A DNA stretch of 62,940 nucleotides from Armatimonadota bacterium (GTDB taxonomy: Bacteria; Armatimonadota; SYMT01). Below, one piece after another: positions 10,212 through 20,612 of this stretch (positions are counted from its first letter, which is position 1; the number at the start of each line of letters is the position of its first letter). Both the position numbers and the translations under genes were made by a program. The notes below the pieces were generated by a model. The model saw nothing but the letters and a program-made list of their open reading frames with translations. It was not told the DNA's origin and made no database searches. The stretch lies in assembly GCA_046292385.1 (NCBI GenBank), contig JBKBRF010000040.1:1-62940 (forward strand), read 5' to 3'.

Positions 10212-10661
10212 ATGATACGGACCTTCTCACTGGTCTACGGGATCGTCTTCTTGCTGGTAGGGATCCTGGGGTTTATCCCAGGTCTCGTTCAGCCCGCCGC
10301 GCACCTGGCTGACCTGCGGGTAGACGCGAACCACGGGATGCTGTTGGGGCTGTTCCCGGTCAACCTGCTGCACAACCTGGTGCACATCGCCATCGGGATC
10401 TGGGGGATCGTCGCGGCGCGGACTCTCGAGGCGAGCCGTACGTATGGCAAGAGTATGGCGGTCTTCTACGGCCTGCTTACGGTGCTGGGGCTCATCCCGG
10501 CTACGAGCACCCTGTTCGGCCTGGTACCGATTCACGGTAATGACGTCTGGCTCCATGCCGCCGCGGCCCTGATCGCCGCTTACTTCGGTTGGGTGGCGAC
10601 CCCGACTCCCTCGGATCGGGAGGCTCCGGGGGAGATCTTCCACCGGCGGGCCCGCGGATAA
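10212..10661 (+). CDS. DUF4383-like membrane protein
   Basis: GILGFIPG, LLGLFPVNLLHNLVH, NDVWLH; four hydrophobic segments. Confidence 0.85.
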   Translation: MIRTFSLVYGIVFLLVGILGFIPGLVQPAAHLADLRVDANHGMLLGLFPVNLLHNLVHIAIGIWGIVAARTLEASRTYGKSMAVFYGLLTVLGLIPATSTLFGLVPIHGNDVWLHAAAALIAAYFGWVATPTPSDREAPGEIFHRRARG

Positions 10662-10766
10662 TGGACTGAGTGGGCGCAAGGGAGAGTGGGAGAGCTTGAG
10701 GCACTACTGGCGGGAGCGGCTCTCCCACTCCCCCACTCTCTCCTTCTCCCACTCTCCGACCCGCCT

Positions 10767-11609
10767 CTAGCCGAGGGTGCGGCGGAGCCAGTCGGTCATT
10801 GCCTGCTTGTACTGCGGGTGGAAGCTATCCCAGCCTCCCATGCCGTGGCGGCCGTTCGGGATGGTGTAGAGATCGCAGGTGTTGCCCGCCGCCTTCATCT
10901 GCTCCTGAAAGCGCGTGGACTGGGCGTACGGGACCTGCTCGTCCTCGGTACCGTGGATCAGCAGGTAGGGCGGCATTCCCTTGCGGACGTAGCTGCTGGG
11001 GGAGCCGTCCCGGAGGGTCTTCCGCGCGGCGTCGTCCAACTCCGTGAGGCCGAAGAGCGCCGAGAGCGACCGGCCGAGCCCGCCTTTCTCCCGCGCCTGG
11101 TACTCGAGGTCGTGAGGGGCGTAGAACGGTACCACCGCGGCCACGGCGGTCTCTCCCCGGCCCCGCGCCCCGACCATCGAGACGAGGTGCCCGCCCGCCG
11201 ATTCTCCGATCAGCGCGATCCGCCGCGGGTCGGCGTGGTACTCGGCGGCGTGCTGCTTTACCCAGCGGACCGCCCGCTCGACATCCTCCACGCAAGCAGG
11301 GTAGCGGTGCTGCGGCGCCAGGCGGTAGTTGATGGTGAACCAGGCGAAGCCGGCGCGGGAGAGCGGCTCGAAGATCGGGGTGATGTAGCTGCGCTTGGTG
11401 CCGTTGATGAAGCCGCCGCCGTGCACGAGGATCGCCGTGGGGAACGGCCCCTTGCCTTCGGGGACGTACGCGTCGAGGGTGAGGCTCTCGCCGTCCACCT
11501 TCCCGAACTCGATCTCGTTCCGCTCTTCGGCTGCGAGCGACGGGGCTCCGAATGCCGCCATTCCCAGCGCGGCGGCGCCGCCCAGCCACGTCCTGCGATT
11601 GATCTTCAT
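10767..11609 (-). CDS. Alpha/beta hydrolase (esterase/lipase) with Tat-like signal
   Basis: HGGGF, GESAGG nucleophile elbow, HGTED..VP, GRHG; RRTWL signal. Confidence 0.9.
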   Translation of the reverse strand: MKINRRTWLGGAAALGMAAFGAPSLAAEERNEIEFGKVDGESLTLDAYVPEGKGPFPTAILVHGGGFINGTKRSYITPIFEPLSRAGFAWFTINYRLAPQHRYPACVEDVERAVRWVKQHAAEYHADPRRIALIGESAGGHLVSMVGARGRGETAVAAVVPFYAPHDLEYQAREKGGLGRSLSALFGLTELDDAARKTLRDGSPSSYVRKGMPPYLLIHGTEDEQVPYAQSTRFQEQMKAAGNTCDLYTIPNGRHGMGGWDSFHPQYKQAMTDWLRRTLG

Positions 11610-11791
11610 GTCGTGCCTCAGGTCTTTGAAGTTGGATGGGCGTTGTTCGCGACGGTCGCGAGGCATTGAAATACCTCGCTGGTCGGCCTGCGGCCACGCG
11701 TCCTCCGGACGCTCCCTCGTCGCCCGGTGTCTATCGCTAATCGTCACCCCTTGACCGTGACGGATCGGATCCCTTCGGGCTATTCAGCCGG

Positions 11792-13567
11792 TCAGTTCCG
11801 GCGGAGGTCGCCGGCGAAGCGCCAGCTGGCCTCGTGGCCTTTGGTGAGCGGCAGCCTGGCGAGGCGGGCGCGGACCAGCTCTACGGGCATGTGCCCGCCC
11901 TTCAGGATAGTGTCGTGGAACTCCCGGTTGCTCATGCGGCCGGAGCCGACCAGCTCCCCGTGCAGGGCGCGGAACTGGAGCCCGCCGAGCATGTAGGCGG
12001 CCTGGTAGAGCGGGGAGTAGGCACCGGCGAAGGAGCGCCGCACCTCCGCCGTGGCGTTGGCGCGCTCGTGACCGACGCGCTCGACGAGGAAGTCGATTGC
12101 CTCTTGCGGACTCATCTGCCCCAGGTGGAACTTGAGGGAGAAGATGATGCGCGCGGCGCGATGGCTGCGCCAGAAGAGCATGCCGATCTTGTCTTCCGGT
12201 GACTTCGGGAAGCCGAGGTCCCAGAGCAGCATCTCCCAGTAGAGCGCCCAGCCTTCCACCCAGAAGGGGGTGTAGAACGCCTGCCGGTGGGTGTTGTAGC
12301 GCGCGTTCATGAACTGCTGCAGGTGATGGCCGGGGATCAGCTCGTGCTGGACCGTGGCGCGGGAGAAGTGGCGGTTGTTTCCGCGCATGCTCATCAGCTT
12401 GTCTTCGTGGGCCATGGTATGGGTGGGATACGAGACGCGCACCACCTCTCCGCCCAGGAAGAACGGGCTCACCTTCTGCGCTTCCGGTGAGAGCATCTCC
12501 ATCCGCCAGACCTCTTTGGCGAGCGGCGGAACCGTCACCAGGTCCCGCTCTTCCACGAACCGGACCGCCTCATCCGCGAGCTCCCGCACCAGCTCGCTCT
12601 GCTGGCCCGGCTCGACGTGGAGGGTCTTCACTTTCTCCAGCGCGGCGTGCCAGTCGTCGCCGTAGCCCATCTCCCGCGCGGCCTTCCGCAGCTCCGCGTG
12701 ACACCAGGCGAGCTCCCGCTCCGCGAGCGCGATCAGCTCCTTCGGGGTGTAGGGGATCATCTCGTGCTCCAGATCGGCCTTGAGTCCGGCCTCGCCGATC
12801 GGGTCGCCGACGATCGGCGGGTCGGCCCCCTCCCGGTAGCCGGCGAGCCGCTCCCGCAGCAGCTTGGCGTAGGCGAAGAGGCTGGCGTTGAGGCGCTTCT
12901 GCGGCTCCTCGACCCACCAGGAGAAGAGCGGGTCGTAGCCGGCGAAGTAGCGGTACCAGCGGTCGAGGGTCCCGCGGAGGCTCTCGGCGGCGTCGGCCGC
13001 CCGCACGGCGACGGCGGGAGTGACGCGGGGCCCCCGCCGGCCGGAGGCGAGGGCAGCGCGGGCCTCATCGACTGCGCGGGCTGCCGCGACCAGCGCCTCC
13101 GCGGCGGCGCGAGGGTCGACCGCCTCCCGGCGCCGCCGGGACTCCTGCAGCTTGACGATGGCCGGGGCGAACGGGAGCAGCTCCTCCATCTCCTTGAGCT
13201 GCGCCTCTTCCCGCTGGAGCAGGCTCCGCTCGTAGCGCACCTGGTGCCGCATGAGCACGTGATCGATCCGGCCTTCCGGCGAGAGGCGCTCGAAATCGGC
13301 TGACTGGAGTCGATCCCACCACTCCTCGTAGAAGGCTCCGAGACGGCCCCGCGTTTCCGCGGAGAAGGGGGCGTCGTAGCGGCGGTTCAGGGCGTTGCGG
13401 TCGGTGACGAACCGCTCTACCGCGTCCCGAAGCTCGCTGGAGGCAGCCATGGCGAGCAGGTCCGGGGCGGGAGCGTGCTGACCCGACGCAGGACGCGGCG
13501 CCGAGACGAGCGCGAGACACGCGGCGAGGAGAGCGACGCCGGAGGCAGAACGAGCGAGCGGGGACAT
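11792..13567 (-). CDS. DUF885 family protein
   Basis: HELIPGHHLQ, EGWALYWE, YQAAYMLG motifs; signal peptide. Confidence 0.88.
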   Translation of the reverse strand: MSPLARSASGVALLAACLALVSAPRPASGQHAPAPDLLAMAASSELRDAVERFVTDRNALNRRYDAPFSAETRGRLGAFYEEWWDRLQSADFERLSPEGRIDHVLMRHQVRYERSLLQREEAQLKEMEELLPFAPAIVKLQESRRRREAVDPRAAAEALVAAARAVDEARAALASGRRGPRVTPAVAVRAADAAESLRGTLDRWYRYFAGYDPLFSWWVEEPQKRLNASLFAYAKLLRERLAGYREGADPPIVGDPIGEAGLKADLEHEMIPYTPKELIALAERELAWCHAELRKAAREMGYGDDWHAALEKVKTLHVEPGQQSELVRELADEAVRFVEERDLVTVPPLAKEVWRMEMLSPEAQKVSPFFLGGEVVRVSYPTHTMAHEDKLMSMRGNNRHFSRATVQHELIPGHHLQQFMNARYNTHRQAFYTPFWVEGWALYWEMLLWDLGFPKSPEDKIGMLFWRSHRAARIIFSLKFHLGQMSPQEAIDFLVERVGHERANATAEVRRSFAGAYSPLYQAAYMLGGLQFRALHGELVGSGRMSNREFHDTILKGGHMPVELVRARLARLPLTKGHEASWRFAGDLRRN

Positions 13568-13660
13568 GGGGGGACTCCAGGACAGAGGGGGTGAGTAGGT
13601 TCGTTGCGCCTATCGTAGGGTTACGGAGTGGGTTGGCTGGTCCCTCCTATACGGATTGGT

Positions 13661-13930
13661 GATCTCAACGGGGGTCCACCCGCGCCCTCACCGACCGGAG
13701 CGGCCCTCCCGCGTGAGTGGCCCTCCCGCAGTCCTTTCATGCCCTTCGGGCTAGCGGACTGCTCCGGGTGTGCTCTCCGCAGTGCTGAGCTCCGCGTTCG
13801 TGGATTGCGGCTTCTTCGTTGCGGCGATGCACGGGCCGCTCCGGTCGGCTCAAGCGAGCCCCCTCGCCAGGGGGCTCACAAATGGAGCCCTCTGCCGCTG
13901 CCGGCGGCAGCGCCTCCGGGCTCCCGTGGG
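13661..13930. repeat. Structured dispersed repeat, copy 1 (subtype A)
   Basis: Helix CCGACCGGAGCGGCCC (13691-13706) / GGGCCGCTCCGGTCGG (13833-13848); shared core motifs; closely resembles the copy at 29141. Confidence 0.85.
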
Positions 13931-13975
13931 ATTATTTCTGACGGAAGCCGGTGCTGCCGCGGAGGCGGTGTGGCT

Positions 13976-15991
13976 CTAGGTGGAGGCGGCTAGCTCTTCT
14001 TCGGAGCCTTCGCTCATGAGGTAGATGCGGGGGCGGACGTCGTCCTCGGGGGTCCGCTCCCAGTGGCGGAGGAGGACTTCATAGACGCGGATGCCGGTTT
14101 CGCCTTCGCCCCAGAGGAGGTAACGGATCGCCTGGGCCACGGTGTTGCGCCGGGTGAGGCCGAGGAAGATGCTGATCGGGTCGAGGAGCTCGCTGAGGTA
14201 GGCGATGGCATTGGCGATCGCGACGGCACCGTCGACCTCGATGCAGTAGTCCTCACCGTTGCGCGAGACGCGCACGCGCAGGGCGGGGGAGAAGTCGCTG
14301 CGGTCATCGGCGAGGTTGACGTGGAGGAAGGCGAGCGGGCCGGCGATCCGGTAGTGCTCGCGAATCTCTTCTGCCTTGCGGGCGGTCGCTTCCGGGTCGA
14401 ACCGCTTGAGCGGGACCAGATTGATCTTCTTGTTCTGGATGGCGGCCCAGAGCTGTGCCGACTCCGGGCCCTCCAGCACCACCCGCTCCACGCGAAGCTC
14501 CGTGGCGCGGTGGTAGCGAGAGGCAGCGCTGAGCACGATGATCGCGGCGATAAAGAGCCCGGCGATGATGACGCCGTCCGGCCGGTGCCAGACGTTGTCT
14601 GCAATGGCGTAGATGAAGCCGGCTGTCACGAGCCAGAAGTAGAAGCTCAGGCGCCGGAGCGACGGGTTCTGCCCGCTTTCGTGCCGGAGGGCGAGGCTAA
14701 CCGCTACGGAGGCGGAGAGCATCAGCGCGAGCACGCCGGTGGCGTAGGCTCCCGCTTGCGCCTCCACTTCCGCGCGGAACGCGAGCGTAACCAGCACTTC
14801 CGCCGCGAAGAGCACCAGCACGAGCGGCCGGGCATAGGCGACCCACCGCGGCGCCATGCCGAGTCGCGGCAGGTAGCGCGGGATCAGGTTGAGCATGCCG
14901 GTGATGGCGGAGGCGCCGGCGAACCAGAGGATGAGGATCGTCGAGATGTCGTATGCGGTCCCGACTACCGGCCCCATCAGCCGGTGCGTCAGGTAGGCGA
15001 GCACGCGTCCGGACGCCTCTCCGCTGCGGTAGGCAGACTCCGGCACCAGCATGGCGGTCACCACGCTGGTGCCGATCAGCAGCACGCTCATCACGATCGC
15101 GGCCGCGGCGAGCAGCTTGCGACTGTTCCGGATCACGCCCTCCGGCTTGGGCCGGCGGCCGTCCTTGTCGTCCCCTCTCACCAGCGGCATGACGGCTACG
15201 CCGGTCTCGAAGCCGCTCAGACCGAGGGCCAGCTTGGGGAAGGCGGTGGCGGAGAGCAGCAGCAGAGCGACCGGATCGCCGGCCCGGGTGACGGCGCCGG
15301 CCCAGTGGGGGAGTGCTTCCGGGTGGGTAGCGATCTCATAAAGGCCGCGGCCGACCACCAGGAAGTTCAGCAGGATGTACGGGAGCCCCACCGCGATCGC
15401 GAGCCCGATCGCCTCGCTGAAGCCCTTGAGAAAGACGGCGGTGAGCAGAGAGATCAGGAGCAGCGTCACCCAGAGCTGCCCGCCGCCGTGGAAGTAAGGC
15501 TCCACGAGCGGGTTCTCCACGATGTGCAGCGCCGCGTCCGCCGACGAGAGGGTGACCGTGAAGATGAAGGCGGTGCTGGCGAAGCCGAGCATCACCAGGA
15601 TCACCAGCTTGCTCCGCCAGCCCCGGAGGACGCGCTCCAGCATCGCGATCGAGCCCTGCCCTACGTACGAGCGGCCGGCCACCTGGTAGTAGACCGGCAG
15701 CGCGCCGAAAAGGGTGAAGAGCACCAGTAGCGCGGTCGCGAACGGCGACAGGGCACCCGCCGCCAGGAGCGCGATGCCGGGCTGGTAGCCGAGGGTGGAG
15801 AAGTAGTCGACCCCGGTGAGCCAGAGCACCAGGTACCACGGCTTTGCGGCGTCGTGAACGTGACTGGCCTCCTCCGGCGTGCCGCCATGCCGCAGCCACG
15901 CGGTGAGGCCTCGCTCGGGCACGGGAACCTCCGGGACGCGCAGCGTAGGATCCGGGCTGGCGGAAGACGGCGCGGAGTGCGTGGAAGACAT
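13976..15991 (-). CDS. APC-superfamily amino acid transporter-like membrane protein
   Basis: LTGVDYFSTLGYQP, FPKLALGLSGFETGV; about 12 hydrophobic segments; start uncertain. Confidence 0.85.
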   Translation of the reverse strand: MSSTHSAPSSASPDPTLRVPEVPVPERGLTAWLRHGGTPEEASHVHDAAKPWYLVLWLTGVDYFSTLGYQPGIALLAAGALSPFATALLVLFTLFGALPVYYQVAGRSYVGQGSIAMLERVLRGWRSKLVILVMLGFASTAFIFTVTLSSADAALHIVENPLVEPYFHGGGQLWVTLLLISLLTAVFLKGFSEAIGLAIAVGLPYILLNFLVVGRGLYEIATHPEALPHWAGAVTRAGDPVALLLLSATAFPKLALGLSGFETGVAVMPLVRGDDKDGRRPKPEGVIRNSRKLLAAAAIVMSVLLIGTSVVTAMLVPESAYRSGEASGRVLAYLTHRLMGPVVGTAYDISTILILWFAGASAITGMLNLIPRYLPRLGMAPRWVAYARPLVLVLFAAEVLVTLAFRAEVEAQAGAYATGVLALMLSASVAVSLALRHESGQNPSLRRLSFYFWLVTAGFIYAIADNVWHRPDGVIIAGLFIAAIIVLSAASRYHRATELRVERVVLEGPESAQLWAAIQNKKINLVPLKRFDPEATARKAEEIREHYRIAGPLAFLHVNLADDRSDFSPALRVRVSRNGEDYCIEVDGAVAIANAIAYLSELLDPISIFLGLTRRNTVAQAIRYLLWGEGETGIRVYEVLLRHWERTPEDDVRPRIYLMSEGSEEELAAST

Positions 15992-16132
15992 GGCGGTGCG
16001 GGTGGTAGGCGCGCGCGGCAGGATCGCTGAGTTAAACGCTGACAACGCATCGTGGTGACGCCGAGACCGGCTTCCGGCTCTCGGGAGCCATCACCGGTCA
16101 ATACTTCTCTCTTCCTGCCGCTCCTAAAACCG

Positions 16133-16167
16133 ACGGCCGCCCCGAGGAAGCTCCTCGAGGCGGCCGT
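16133..16167 (-). terminator. Probable intrinsic terminator after the dioxygenase
   Basis: ACGGCCGCCCCGAGG..CCTCGAGGCGGCCGT hairpin followed by CGGTTTT on the minus strand. Confidence 0.55.
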
Positions 16168-16198
16168 GAGGCTCGAAACCGTGGTAATGCCGCGCGGA

Positions 16199-16855
16199 TC
16201 AGGCCTCGGGGGTGTGGCCGAGGACGACGTCGAAGCGGGCGGCGAGCTCGCCGGTACGGGAGCCCTGGATCGGGTTGAAGGCGACCGTCAGGGCTTCGCG
16301 CGCCTTCGGATCGCGCAGCGAGCGGTAGATGCCGTCGCGCTCGTTGAGCGGCTCGCCCCGGACGTAGCACTGGGTGGTGAGCAGCTCTTTGCCGCGCGAG
16401 CCGACCTTGACGTGGATGTGCGGGGTGCGGCCGGGATACGGGACCGGCTTGATGGTGCGGAAGTAGTACTCGCCGGTGGAGCCGGTGAGGAACCGTCCGT
16501 AGCCCTGGAAGTGGCGGTCCGCCTTCTCCCGCCCCGGGCTCTCCGTGTGGAGGTAGCAGGCGTTGTTGTCGACCTGCCAGATCTCGACGAGGGCATTGCG
16601 GACCGGCTCGCCGCGGGAGTCGAGGATGCGGCCGGTGAGGTGGGTGATCTGTCCCACGGCCGGGGTGATCCCGTTGTTGATGATGATGAGGTCGTTGTCG
16701 GTATCGAGGGGGAGCTTGTTCGGGTAGAAGGGGCCTTCGGTTTGCGCGGGGGTGCGGGTGAGCTCTTCGGCGAAGAGACCGCGGGTGGTGAAGGCGGCGG
16801 CGCCTACGGTCAGGGCCTGGAGGAGGTGGCGGCGGGTTTTATTGGGAGTGGACAT
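16199..16855 (-). CDS. Intradiol ring-cleavage dioxygenase family (protocatechuate 3,4-dioxygenase-like)
   Basis: TEGPFYP, VEIWQ, FRTIKPVPYPGRTPHIH; twin-Arg N-terminus. Confidence 0.9.
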   Translation of the reverse strand: MSTPNKTRRHLLQALTVGAAAFTTRGLFAEELTRTPAQTEGPFYPNKLPLDTDNDLIIINNGITPAVGQITHLTGRILDSRGEPVRNALVEIWQVDNNACYLHTESPGREKADRHFQGYGRFLTGSTGEYYFRTIKPVPYPGRTPHIHVKVGSRGKELLTTQCYVRGEPLNERDGIYRSLRDPKAREALTVAFNPIQGSRTGELAARFDVVLGHTPEA

Positions 16856-16981
16856 GGGTTTGTTCTCCGGTAGCTTCTTATCGGTTGAATGGGTTTTAGC
16901 CGCGAGTTCTCCTTCGGTACGGCTTCGGGTAGGATGGCTCCTCGCGCTCTTTCCGTTTTTCGGAGGCGTACTCTAGCTCGA

Positions 16982-17235
16982 GGGTTTCCCCCGAGCCCTT
17001 GTCTCTCGGTCCAGCCCTCCCGCGAGCAGGGCCTTCCGCTGCCCTTTCACGCTCCGCCTTCGGCTCCGCTAGCGGGCCGCTCCAGGCGTGCGCTGCGACA
17101 TGCTCTGCCCGCGTTCTGGAGCTCGATCTCACCAGCGGCCTGGTTCACGGGCTGGACCGAGAGCCTTCGAGCTGCCACCCCCCCACCGGGGGTGACCACA
17201 GGTGGCCCCCTTCGCTCCGCTGCGGTGGCCTCAGG
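16982..17235. repeat. Structured dispersed repeat, copy 2
   Basis: Helix CTCTCGGTCCAGCCC (17003-17017) / GGGCTGGACCGAGAG (17149-17163). Confidence 0.85.
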
Positions 17236-17446
17236 TTCTCTTTCACGCGAGGCGACCTGCTTTAGGTGAGCCGCTATCTCGATGATGAGTGTTTTGACGT
17301 TGGGGGCAGGAGCCTCGTTCGGATGGTTTGCCGGCCGAGTGCCCGGAGTATGCGTTCGGTGTTTGAGGACTGTTAACCTGTGGGCGTGATAACGACCCGC
17401 CCGCCGGTGCACTGCCGGGGGCGGTTCTGGCTTTCTGGGGTGGCGG

Positions 17447-17737
17447 ATGGCGGAGGGGATGGGGGTGGCGGCGCCGGCGGGAGCTGGTGAGGGGAGAGCG
17501 GGGGCGGTGGGGCGGGCGGGGGGCGAGCGGAACGGGTGGTGCCGGGTCTGCGTGAGCGTCTCGCTGGTGCCGCCGAAGCCGGGGCAGTTGATCTCCGTCT
17601 CCCGGGGGCCGCTTTCGGTGCGGGTGACGGTCTGCCTGCCCCGGCTGGTGATGGCCGGGCTGTTGGTGCTGACGCTGGGGCCGCACCCCTGGTTCGGACA
17701 GGTGGTGCGCTGGGCGCGGGCGATCGGAGGGTGGTGA
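17447..17737 (+). CDS. Hypothetical small protein with C-terminal hydrophobic segment
   Basis: First ORF of the cluster; TGATG coupling to the next ORF. Confidence 0.45.
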   Translation: MAEGMGVAAPAGAGEGRAGAVGRAGGERNGWCRVCVSVSLVPPKPGQLISVSRGPLSVRVTVCLPRLVMAGLLVLTLGPHPWFGQVVRWARAIGGW

Positions 17738-18003
17738 TGGGGATCTGGCGGATCTTTGGCGGACGGATGGTCGAGCTGCTGCGGGGGAACGTGTGGGAGA
17801 TCCTGCGGACGGTGGTGACGCGCGCGGCGGCGGACGAGGTGGAAGAGGGGCTGCGGGACCAGTTCCGGGCGCTGGGACCGGAAGGCCGCGAGGAGCTGGC
17901 GGGGACGCTGGAGCGGATCGCCGCGCTGCTGCGGGCCGACCGGAGCGGGCGCGCGGCCGGCCGCGTGGCGGCGGAGCTGGTGGGGCGGCTGACGCTTCGC
18001 TGA
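17737..18003 (+). CDS. Hypothetical helical protein
   Basis: MGIWRIFGGRMVELL...; GGAGG RBS; coupled start. Confidence 0.6.
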   Translation: MGIWRIFGGRMVELLRGNVWEILRTVVTRAAADEVEEGLRDQFRALGPEGREELAGTLERIAALLRADRSGRAAGRVAAELVGRLTLR

Positions 18004-18065
18004 AAGAGGGACGGAGAGACAGCGGGACGGGGAGAGGCTGGGCTTGAGAGGCCGGCTCCTGGTCC

Positions 18066-18116
18066 CGGGCGGTTGAAACCGCGGCAAAAGCGGCACGAAG
18101 TCCTCCTTCGGGGACT
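18066..18116. repeat. REP-like element, GGGCGGTTGAAACCGCGGC family, copy 1
   Basis: Two short hairpins; same element at 22183 and 41076. Confidence 0.8.
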
Positions 18117-18137
18117 CAGGATGGTGTGGAGGGGTAG

Positions 18138-19028
18138 TTGGGTGAGGCTTCGTCGGTCCGGTTCCGGGTGGGGCATGCGGATCTGGAGCGGCTCTGCGCG
18201 CTGAACGAGTTTCGGCTGCCGGAGCGCGGCGTGGTGTTCGTGGGGGTGCGCGGCGCGCTGCCGGTAGAGGGGACGGCGACCGAGTGGGGGGAGACGCTGG
18301 AGCTGCGGAGCGCGGCGGTGGACCACCTGCATCCCCGCTGCACGGTGCTGCAGTGGAAGCCGGCGGAGCGGCGAGTGGCGGCGTTCGCGGGCTCCACGGT
18401 GCCCCACCGGCGCTACGTGGAGGCGGCGCGGCGGCGGAACGGCCGGGGCGCTAACCAGCTGATGTCGGGCTGGTTCGTGGATTACCGCCGGGGAACGCAC
18501 CGGGCGGGGACGGCGGGGGCGCACCCGGCTTTTCGGCAGACGCTGCCGCGGCCGCTGCGCCGCACCGTGAACGACCACCACTACACGGCGGCGGACCGGG
18601 TGGAGATTGCGTGCGTGGGCGACAACCTGCACGCCGCCTGGTGTGATGGGCTGGACTCCGAGTACTACGCAAGCGCCGGCTGCCAGGTGGTGGTCGGCCG
18701 CCCGCTGAGCGGTCCGTGGCGCCGGTTCCACCAGGAGGCGACGCGGGAGGCACAGGACGTCTACCCTTATCTCCTGATCCCGGGAAGCGAGCTGCGGGAG
18801 CTGGCGGCGGGTGGTCTCGCCGGAGCGGAGCGGGTGCGGTTCGGGAGCCGGGGGCCACGAACACGCCGGGTGCAGGAGGCGCTGCGCAGGCGCGGCTTCT
18901 ACCGTGGGGCGGTGGACGGCGACTTCGGGCCGCAGAGCCTGCGGGCGCTGCTGCAGTTCCAGGAGCCGCTCGACACCGGCGTGTGCGAAGCCAAAACGGC
19001 AGCGGCTCTCGGCGCGGCGTGGCCATGA
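18138..19028 (+). CDS. Peptidoglycan-binding domain protein (putative endolysin)
   Basis: C-terminal PG_binding_1-like GSRG...VQEAL..RGFYRGAVDGDFGPQS..AL..FQ; N-terminal domain with H...SAGCQV motif. Confidence 0.75.
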   Translation: MGEASSVRFRVGHADLERLCALNEFRLPERGVVFVGVRGALPVEGTATEWGETLELRSAAVDHLHPRCTVLQWKPAERRVAAFAGSTVPHRRYVEAARRRNGRGANQLMSGWFVDYRRGTHRAGTAGAHPAFRQTLPRPLRRTVNDHHYTAADRVEIACVGDNLHAAWCDGLDSEYYASAGCQVVVGRPLSGPWRRFHQEATREAQDVYPYLLIPGSELRELAAGGLAGAERVRFGSRGPRTRRVQEALRRRGFYRGAVDGDFGPQSLRALLQFQEPLDTGVCEAKTAAALGAAWP

Positions 19029-19034
19029 GGTGGA

Positions 19035-20540
19035 ATGGCTGAAGCGAAGGGGACCGGGCGCCGGCGCCGGAAGGCGGCCGGTCCGCCCACCTTTCGGGAG
19101 TTCGTACAGGCGGTGTGGCCGCGGTACCGGTGGTACCGCCACTGCGACGCGTTGGCGGCGGTGCTGCAGCGCCTCGCGGACGGCGAGGTCAAGCGGCTGA
19201 TGGTCTTTATGCCGCCGCGCCATGGGAAGAGCGAGACGGTCTCCCGCCTCTTTCCCGCCTACTACCTGCTCCGGTTCCCGGAGCGCTGGGTGGGGCTCTG
19301 CAGCTATGGCGCGGAGCTGGCGCACACGCTTTCCCGGTCCGCGAAGGACTACTACCTCCGGGGCGGCGGCCGGCTGGATCCGGGCGCGGCCGCGGCGCGG
19401 CACTGGGAGACCGGCGCGGGCGGCGGGATGTGGGCCGCCGGCGTAGGCGGACCGATCACCGGCAAGGGCTGGCACCTCGGCGTGATCGACGATCCGGTAA
19501 AGAACGCGGCCGAGGTGGGCTCGCCCCACTTCCGGGAGAAGCAGTGGGAGTGGTACGGCTCCGTCTTCTATACCCGCGAGGAGCCGGTCGGCGAGAGCGG
19601 CGATCCGGACGGAGCGCTGGTGGTGGTGCAGACGCGCTGGCATCCGGACGATCTTTCGGGGCGTCTGCTGGCGCGGGACCGGGACGAGGAGGAGCCGGAG
19701 CGCTGGCACGTGGTCTCGCTGGAAGCGCTGAAGGAAGAGACGCCGCCGGAGGTGCCGCCGCACTGCACGCTGGAGCCGGACTGGCGAGCTCCGGGAGAGG
19801 CACTCTGCCCGGAGCGCCGCCCGCGGGAGAAGCTGGAGCGGGTGCGGCGGGCGCTGGGAAGCTACGCGTGGAACGCGCTCTACCAGCAGCGTCCGCGGCC
19901 GCGCTCCGGCGGCTTCTTCAAGGTCGACCGGCTCCAGGTGGTCGCCGCGGCCCCCGCCGAGGCGGAGCGGGTGCGCTACTGGGACAAGGCCTCGACCGAG
20001 GGCGACGGCGACTACACGGCCGGAGTGCTGCTGGCGAAGGACGGGGACGGGCTCTACTACGTGGAGGACGTGGTCCGCGGCCGGTGGGGTCCGGCCGAGC
20101 GGGACCGGCGGATGCGCCAGGCGGCCGAGCGGGACGCGGCGCGGGCCGGCAGCCGGGTGCGGATCTGGGTGGAGCAGGAGCCGGGTAGCGGCGGCAAGGA
20201 GAGCGCACAGGCGAGCGTGCGGCTACTGGAGGGCTTTCCGTGCCGGACCGAGCGGGCGACCGGCGACAAGCAGAGCCGCGCGGATCCGTTCGCGGCGCAG
20301 GTGGAGGCGGGCCGGGTGCGGCTGGTGGAGGGGGCGTGGAATTCGCCCTACCGGGAGGAGCTGGCGGCGTTTCCGCTGGGGGAGCATGACGACCAGGTGG
20401 ACGCGAGCAGCGGGGCGTTCAACCGGCTGGCTGGGAGGGGGAGGCGCAGAGGGCTTGTGGGATCTGGTAGGGGTTTGGTTTGGGTAGGGGTGCCTTTCGG
20501 TCCCGGGACTCTGCCTTCCGGTGGCTTGCTGTGCTTGTAG
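19035..20540 (+). CDS. Terminase large subunit
   Basis: Walker A MPPRHGKS, GVGGPITGKG, VIDDPVKN, QTRWHPDDL, nuclease WDKAS...DYTAG and HDDQVDA. Confidence 0.95.
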   Translation: MAEAKGTGRRRRKAAGPPTFREFVQAVWPRYRWYRHCDALAAVLQRLADGEVKRLMVFMPPRHGKSETVSRLFPAYYLLRFPERWVGLCSYGAELAHTLSRSAKDYYLRGGGRLDPGAAAARHWETGAGGGMWAAGVGGPITGKGWHLGVIDDPVKNAAEVGSPHFREKQWEWYGSVFYTREEPVGESGDPDGALVVVQTRWHPDDLSGRLLARDRDEEEPERWHVVSLEALKEETPPEVPPHCTLEPDWRAPGEALCPERRPREKLERVRRALGSYAWNALYQQRPRPRSGGFFKVDRLQVVAAAPAEAERVRYWDKASTEGDGDYTAGVLLAKDGDGLYYVEDVVRGRWGPAERDRRMRQAAERDAARAGSRVRIWVEQEPGSGGKESAQASVRLLEGFPCRTERATGDKQSRADPFAAQVEAGRVRLVEGAWNSPYREELAAFPLGEHDDQVDASSGAFNRLAGRGRRRGLVGSGRGLVWVGVPFGPGTLPSGGLLCL

Positions 20541-20612
20541 GTAGAGGTCACCGTTTCGGAGATTCTCCGTGCCGTTGGCTTTCGCTTGCTTGGCGATGAA
20601 GGCTACCAGTTC

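Noticed and set aside
17346..17358. LexA box upstream of the virion operon (GAGTATGCGTTC)
   Set aside because: Two mismatches in the GAAC half-site; too weak to call
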